From: Abditibacteriaceae bacterium
GTDB lineage: Bacteria; Armatimonadota; Abditibacteriia; Abditibacteriales; Abditibacteriaceae
Assembly: GCA_031425655.1 (NCBI GenBank)
Contig: JANPJS010000185.1
Location: 1-10,716 of the forward strand
Direction: 5' to 3'
DNA: 10,716 nt
Below are positions 6,199 through 10,716 of this stretch, one piece after another; positions within the stretch are counted from its first letter, which is position 1, and every line of letters starts with the position of its first letter. The notes beneath the pieces are model-generated. The model made no database searches, was not told the origin of the DNA, and saw nothing but the letters and a program-made list of their open reading frames with translations. The position numbers and the translations under genes are program-made.

Positions 6199-6266
6199 GT
6201 AGGGGCGCAGCCTGCTGCGCCCAACGTCGTCCCGGCCAATTAGGGCGCAACAGGTTGCGCCTCTAC
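6199..6266. repeat. GTAG-family REP doublet (REPIN-like inverted pair)
   Basis: GTAGGGGCGCAGCCTGCTGCGCCC (6199-6222) and an inverted copy reading GTAGAGGCGCAACCTGTTGCGCCC (6266-6243), 20-nt spacer. Each unit is a GTAG tetranucleotide followed by a GC-rich hairpin. Confidence 0.88.
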
Positions 6267-6268
6267 GA

Positions 6269-7396
6269 TTATTCGCCCGCAATCGGCTCGAAAGTGGTGC
6301 TGAGTTCCTGAGTTTGGCCGGTTTCGGCGGCGCGGTAGGCGCTTTCGATGATGTCCACGACGTGACGCGCGTGTTCGGGCGTCGAGGGCGTCGGCGTGCC
6401 TTCGCGCACTAAGTCAACAAGCTGCATCATGTCTTCGTAAACGTGTTCTTCGCCCAGACCGATGTGTTTTCCGGTGACGTGCGGCAAATCCGATTGGCCG
6501 CCTTGCGCTTCGACTTGTTCGCGGCCTGGATAATCAAAGGGCTGGCCGTTCATTTTGGTGCCGGCGATAGTGCCTTTGGTGCCCATGAACGTCGGGTCGC
6601 CGAAGCCGACGATGCTGCCCGCCGCTGTGCCATAAACGAAAGCGAACTGCACCTGACCAAAGTCGAGGAGCATCAACGTGTTGTCGTCGCAGTCGCAGGC
6701 CACCATTTCGCCGCGAAATTCGCGCTCTTGGATGGCGTTGCCCGATAAAGCCGTCACGCGGCGCGCCGGGCCTAAAATGCCGGTCATGGTGTGCAGACCA
6801 TAAACCGTCATGTCGTAAAGCGGGCCACCGCCCGGCTTGCGCCAATACCAACTGGGATTGATGTTGGTTAACACATCGTCGCCGGTTCGCACGCTTTCGG
6901 CTTCGTGATACGCGCCGAATCCGGCACCCACAGCGGCCCAGATGAGTTGGCCGATGGCGCCGTCCCCAATCATTTTGCGAATGCGCCGGTTGTGCGGATG
7001 CAGCATTTGGCCCGGCGACGCTACCATTTTCACGTCGTTGATTTGCGCCCGCGCGATCAAGTCGTCGGCTTCGACGACGGTTGTCGTCATCGTCTTGTTG
7101 AAATGCAAATGCTTGCCGGCTTCGATAGCCTTGACGCCCTGCTCGTAGTGCATCCCGATGGGCGTGCCAACCGTGATGGCGTCGAAGTCGCCTTTGGCGA
7201 GCAACTCGTCGTAATCGTCGAAGTGCTGCGGCACATTGTATTTCTCGGCAGCGGCTTTGGCGCGCCCTGGCACGGCATCACAAACGGCAGCCAGCACAAC
7301 GCGGTCGGCGTAATCGCCGATCACCAGATGGTTCAATGCGGCGCGAATGCCGATGCTTCCCGCGCCCAAAACGGCCATGCGAATCGGTTGAGTCAT
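6269..7396 (-). CDS. Gfo/Idh/MocA family NAD(P)-dependent oxidoreductase, 375 aa
   Basis: N-terminal IRMAVLGAGSIG Rossmann motif, DAITVGTP..HYE...AIEAGKHL..NK, GGGPLYDMTVY, and C-terminal IIESAYRAAETGQ. SD GAGGAG upstream. Confidence 0.95.
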   Translation of the reverse strand: MTQPIRMAVLGAGSIGIRAALNHLVIGDYADRVVLAAVCDAVPGRAKAAAEKYNVPQHFDDYDELLAKGDFDAITVGTPIGMHYEQGVKAIEAGKHLHFNKTMTTTVVEADDLIARAQINDVKMVASPGQMLHPHNRRIRKMIGDGAIGQLIWAAVGAGFGAYHEAESVRTGDDVLTNINPSWYWRKPGGGPLYDMTVYGLHTMTGILGPARRVTALSGNAIQEREFRGEMVACDCDDNTLMLLDFGQVQFAFVYGTAAGSIVGFGDPTFMGTKGTIAGTKMNGQPFDYPGREQVEAQGGQSDLPHVTGKHIGLGEEHVYEDMMQLVDLVREGTPTPSTPEHARHVVDIIESAYRAAETGQTQELSTTFEPIAGE

Positions 7397-7426
7397 TTTT
7401 TCTCCTCAATGCTTTCTGAAATTTTT

Positions 7427-7544
7427 ACGGGAAGTCGGGAAGGGCGGTAAGACGGGAAGAAAATTAGGGTGTGGTTTTTCAAAGTTCCGGCTCCGTCACC
7501 ACGATCAAATTCTTCCCGACTTACCGCCCTTCCCGACTTCCCGT
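7427..7544. repeat. Inverted repeat element built from short CGGGAAG units
   Basis: 35-bp arms 7427-7461 (ACGGGAAG-TCGGGAAG-GGCGGTAAG-ACGGGAAG-AA) and 7510-7544 match at 34/35, with a 48-nt spacer. Fills most of the gap between two co-oriented genes. Confidence 0.88.
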
Positions 7545-7546
7545 TT

Positions 7547-8560
7547 TTAAGATGCGACTACGTCTTCGCTTTGCAAAAATACGCGATACCAGCTTAAAGT
7601 GCGGCTGAGAGCGTCCTCGAACGAAAATTGCGGGCGCCAGCCGAGGTTTTGGTAAGCGCGCGAGCTGTCGAGATATTGCTCGCGGATTTCGTCGCTGCCC
7701 TGCCCTAAAATCTGCGGCTGCAAATCGGCGCATCCGGCGATAGCTAAAATTCGGCGCACGACTTCAAGCACGCTCATCGGCTGATTATGACCGAAATTAT
7801 AGGCTTCGCCGGGCTTGGCGGCGCCGTTGGCCAAAGCTTCGGCCAAATTCAAATAAGCCAGCGCGCCGTCTTCGACGTAAAGATAATCGCGCGTGAAATT
7901 TCCATCGCTGCGAATGACCGGCGCCGTGTTTTCCAGCGCGGCGCGGGCTGTGCCGGGAATCAGGCGATTCCAGTTCAAATCGCCGCCGCCAAAGAGGTTG
8001 CCGCAGCGCGTGATGCCGACCGGCAAACCATACGTCCACGCGTAGCTTTGCGCGATCATGTCGGCGCACGATTTCGAGCAGTCGTAAGGATGACGGCCCA
8101 TCAAAGGCGCGTCTTCTCGATACGGCAACGTGGCTTGCGCGCCGTAAGCCTTATCGGACGAGGCCACCAAAATCTGCGCCACGCGCGGCGTTGAACGGCA
8201 GGCTTCGAGCAGCGACCATGTTCCGGCCACGTTGCTTTCAAAAGTCGCGCGCGGATTCGCCTTCGCGGTGCCGACAATGGCTTGCGCGGCGAGATGGAAC
8301 ACAGTTTCGATTTCGTATTCGGCTAAAGTGCGCGACAGCAATTTTTCGTCGCACACGTCGCCGCGCACAAGAGTGATTTGCGCCAGTTCCTCGCCGGAAA
8401 GCAGCGCGGAATCGGGCACCCAATCGCGCACTAAAGCAATGACGTGCGCGCCGCGTTCGAGCAGAGCGCGCGTCAGCCACGAGCCGAGCAGGCCCGTAGC
8501 GCCCGTCACGAAGACGACGCGGTTTTTCCAGAACGACGCGGGGATGGACGTTGATGTCAT
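7547..8560 (-). CDS. rfbG: Extended-SDR NDP-sugar dehydratase/epimerase, CDP-glucose 4,6-dehydratase (RfbG)-like, 337 aa
   Basis: [20 protein letters not shown] (GxxGxxG with the FW start typical of RfbG), [15 protein letters not shown], catalytic YxxxK (PYDCSK), [18 protein letters not shown]. Exact substrate uncertain. Confidence 0.8.
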   Translation of the reverse strand: MTSTSIPASFWKNRVVFVTGATGLLGSWLTRALLERGAHVIALVRDWVPDSALLSGEELAQITLVRGDVCDEKLLSRTLAEYEIETVFHLAAQAIVGTAKANPRATFESNVAGTWSLLEACRSTPRVAQILVASSDKAYGAQATLPYREDAPLMGRHPYDCSKSCADMIAQSYAWTYGLPVGITRCGNLFGGGDLNWNRLIPGTARAALENTAPVIRSDGNFTRDYLYVEDGALAYLNLAEALANGAAKPGEAYNFGHNQPMSVLEVVRRILAIAGCADLQPQILGQGSDEIREQYLDSSRAYQNLGWRPQFSFEDALSRTLSWYRVFLQSEDVVAS

Positions 8561-8634
8561 TTTGTCAGCGATGTCGCGCGTAAGCGGTTTTGGAGTTTAA
8601 GTTATTCCACTGCATAACGCGCTCTGTGCGGCGT

Positions 8635-8662
8635 TTAACATTTCGCAAGCCGCGTATATAAT
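8635..8662 (+). promoter_or_regulatory. Probable sigma70-type promoter for the 8695/9045 gene pair
   Basis: TTAACA (8635-8640), 16-nt spacer, perfect TATAAT (8657-8662), 32 nt before ATG 8695. Confidence 0.6.
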
Positions 8663-8694
8663 GATATTTGCTTTTCCCATCCTCAATTTCAGCC

Positions 8695-9048
8695 ATGATT
8701 AACCTTCCTGTTGATGAAGCCTACGCCTTCGATTATCTCAGCATTCTGAAGATCAAAAGCGATGTAAACGCGCAAAACCCGGCCCTGAATGACGCTTACG
8801 AAGGCTGTCTGACAGCTTTGCGCGCCCAGCTTGGCGCCTCTGTCGAGGCGATTTTAGTGTCGCCGGAATATCTTGATCTTTTGCAGTCGAACCGCCTGAC
8901 TTTCGATGCCGTTGACCGCGCGCGGAACGGCGATTCGATTACCGCCAAAGAAGTGGACGATTGCAACATGGAGCGTTTTCGCTGCAAAATGGCGCTGCAA
9001 CAGCGATTTTTCCACGGAGGTCTGGTGGAAACCAAACTCTCCAAATGA
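8695..9048 (+). CDS. Small helical protein, distantly DUF6165/DUF4254-like, 117 aa
   Basis: Start moved to ATG 8695 because the TTG at 8668 lies at the predicted transcription start. Pattern LPV…DYLSILKIK…L..SN…D…N.ER..CK…LVETK parallels the DUF6165 pattern (DKITILEIK…VN..LW..ED…ND.R..IK…LVEEK) as recalled. Stop overlaps the next start (ATGA). Confidence 0.7.
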   Translation: MINLPVDEAYAFDYLSILKIKSDVNAQNPALNDAYEGCLTALRAQLGASVEAILVSPEYLDLLQSNRLTFDAVDRARNGDSITAKEVDDCNMERFRCKMALQQRFFHGGLVETKLSK

Positions 9049-9992
9049 AAATCCTGATCGTTAAACCGTCCTCGCTCGGCGACATCATCAACGGATTGAT
9101 GGTCGCTCAATCGCTGCACGACCAATGCCCGGACGCCGAAATTTCGTGGGTCGCGCAAGATCGCTTCGCGCCGGTCGTGCAAGGCTGTCCCATCGTCAAA
9201 CACACTTACATTTTCCGGCGCCACGACCGAATTCACGGCCTCAAAGATTTAATCAAGGAATTGCGCCGCGAAAAATTCGATGTGGCGATGGACTTTCACG
9301 GCATAGGCCGCAGCGTCACGACTCTTTTGGCCTGCCGCAGCCGTCGCAAAATCGGTCTCAGCGTTTCCCGCTCGTTGTTCGCGCCTTTTTATCCCGAAAA
9401 GTGCCCGCCACCGCCCGCCGGGCGCGATGCCCACGCCGTTGAAATCTTGCTTCCGTTTTTGCCGATGCTGGGCTTGAAAGCCGAGCTTCGCGGCGATGTG
9501 ACTTTAAAATTCAGCCCTCTCGAAACTTTCGCGCCGCAATTGGCGCCGCGAAATTACGTCTTGATCACGCCCAACAGCCGGGGAAAAGGCCGCGAATGGC
9601 CCGGCTTTTTAGAACTCGCCGAGCGACTGCTGGCCGCGCATCCCAATTTGCTCGTGGCCTGGGACACGCCGGTTCCGTGGGACATTCCGGCTTCGCTCAC
9701 CGACACCGGGCGCTTCGTAAAATTCATCGGCCAGACCAATCTCGAACAACTGCTGGGCCTGATTAAAAACGCCAAATTGGTGATTAGCAACGATAGCGGC
9801 CCGATGCACATGGCCGCCGCGCTGGGCACACCGCTCTTAGCCACTTTTGGCCCGACCAAGCCCGAACACACCGGCCCGTATCCGCTTTCGCGTCCCTCGC
9901 ATCACATCGTGCGCGCCCCGCACGGCGATTTAAACAGCTTAAGCTGCGACACGGTTTTGCACGAAGTCAACCAAGCCTTAAGCGCAAAATAA
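9045..9992 (+). CDS. Glycosyltransferase family 9 (LPS heptosyltransferase WaaC/WaaF-like), 315 aa
   Basis: True start MKILIVKPSSLGDII at 9045, overlapping the upstream stop. Motifs LRREKFDVAMDFHG, GREWP, GQTNLEQLLGLIKNAKLVISNDSGPMHMAAALGTPLLATFGPT are diagnostic of GT9. Confidence 0.95.
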   Translation: MKILIVKPSSLGDIINGLMVAQSLHDQCPDAEISWVAQDRFAPVVQGCPIVKHTYIFRRHDRIHGLKDLIKELRREKFDVAMDFHGIGRSVTTLLACRSRRKIGLSVSRSLFAPFYPEKCPPPPAGRDAHAVEILLPFLPMLGLKAELRGDVTLKFSPLETFAPQLAPRNYVLITPNSRGKGREWPGFLELAERLLAAHPNLLVAWDTPVPWDIPASLTDTGRFVKFIGQTNLEQLLGLIKNAKLVISNDSGPMHMAAALGTPLLATFGPTKPEHTGPYPLSRPSHHIVRAPHGDLNSLSCDTVLHEVNQALSAK

Positions 9993-10024
9993 AAGCGCGC
10001 GGCGTGCGCCCAAAACGCTTAATT

Positions 10025-10675
10025 TCATCGTCCGAGCAGGCGTCTGACCCACTTTTCCAGCGGCGTGCGATTGTTTAAGTTATCCCAATCGGCCTGCGTC
10101 ATTTGATCGGGCGCCGAGAACTTCTTGATTTTCGACAGCGATTTATTATCAATTTCGGCCATGCGCTTTTGCAGCCAGTTAGCGGGGAAATTCAAAGCCC
10201 GATTGCCGACTAAAGCCGCCGCGAAATCTATTAAATAAACCTGCTCGTCGGGCGTCACGATAAGGTTGCTGCGCCGCTTCAAATCGCCGTGCGACACGCC
10301 GCGCGCGTGAATCGCGTCAATGGATTTCTGCACGTTTTCCAAAACCTGAAGCGACAACTCGCCGGGCTTGAACTCGGCGATGGGCCGGCCTTCGACGTAT
10401 TCCATCGCAAAAGCATGACGATCAACACGCGCTAAAAAACGCGGCACGCCCGGCGTGCCGTCCAACGCTTTCAGCGCCTTGATTTCACGCGCAATCAGCC
10501 ACGGCGCGATGATGCGAAACTTGACCGGCGTGCGCGAGCAATCTTTCACCGCCGCACGCTGCCCGCCGACTTCAACCAGATAAACCGAGCTTTGCAAGCC
10601 CTTGCCCTGATGAATCACGCGAATCGTGCGCGATACCAAATCACGGCGATGCAGGAGAAAAGTGGATTTCTGCAT
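10025..10675 (-). CDS. Atypical kinase of protein-kinase-like fold (RIO1/Kdo-WaaP-like), ~216 aa
   Basis: AAVKD (VAIK Lys), REIKAL (helix C Glu), GVPRFL, MEYVEG, HGDLKRRSN (catalytic loop) and YLIDFA. Start taken at ATG 10675 because the longer 10699 start runs into a repeat. Confidence 0.85.
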   Translation of the reverse strand: MQKSTFLLHRRDLVSRTIRVIHQGKGLQSSVYLVEVGGQRAAVKDCSRTPVKFRIIAPWLIAREIKALKALDGTPGVPRFLARVDRHAFAMEYVEGRPIAEFKPGELSLQVLENVQKSIDAIHARGVSHGDLKRRSNLIVTPDEQVYLIDFAAALVGNRALNFPANWLQKRMAEIDNKSLSKIKKFSAPDQMTQADWDNLNNRTPLEKWVRRLLGR

Positions 10676-10682
10676 ATTTTTC

Positions 10683-10716
10683 AACACAAAGGCCACCAAG
10701 ATTTCACAAAGACACA
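10683..10716. repeat. Partial second copy of the CACAAAG-type repeat, truncated by the window edge
   Basis: AACACAAAGGCCACCAAGATTTCACAAAGACACA contains CACAAAG/CACCAAG/CACAAAGACAC units resembling the left arm of 2046-2113. Confidence 0.55.

Noticed and set aside
8578..8618. Patchy similarity (GCGTAAG, TTAAGTTAT, CCACTGCATAA) to the right end of the 27-256 element
   Set aside because: The matches are short, partly out of order, and have no inverted partner arm.
8961..9044. N-terminal extension of the GT9 ORF given in the ORF track
   Set aside because: It overlaps the upstream gene. GT9 homology starts at MKILIVK (9045), which has an ATGA coupling.
9993..10024. Terminator between the convergent GT9 and kinase genes
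   Set aside because: Only short imperfect pairing (AAGCG/CGCTT, GCGC/GCGC), with no convincing stem plus U-tract.

Overview
Bacterial chromosomal window of roughly 60% GC. The exact form of the DUF1559 prepilin-like protein suggests Armatimonadota/Abditibacteriota (inference). It holds nine probable genes: a small membrane protein (+), a stand-alone DUF1559/H-X9-DG prepilin-like protein (-), a secreted 984-aa GH148-like glycoside hydrolase with a CBM4-like module inserted in its catalytic domain (-), a low-GC orphan (+), a Gfo/Idh/MocA oxidoreductase (-), an RfbG-like NDP-sugar dehydratase (-), a DUF6165-like protein coupled to a GT9 glycosyltransferase (+), and a RIO/Kdo-like kinase (-). The intergenic DNA is unusually structured. 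It has four strong intrinsic terminators and at least four unrelated families of palindromic REP/MITE-like elements, one of them a triply nested 230-bp hairpin. The best novelty candidate is an unannotated ~100-nt structured RNA at 2013->1912 (-), with its own extended -10, twin GGCUAAA-loop hairpins, an embedded 10-codon ORF and a terminator, just upstream of the prepilin-like gene. All family assignments come from motif recognition by eye; no searches were run.
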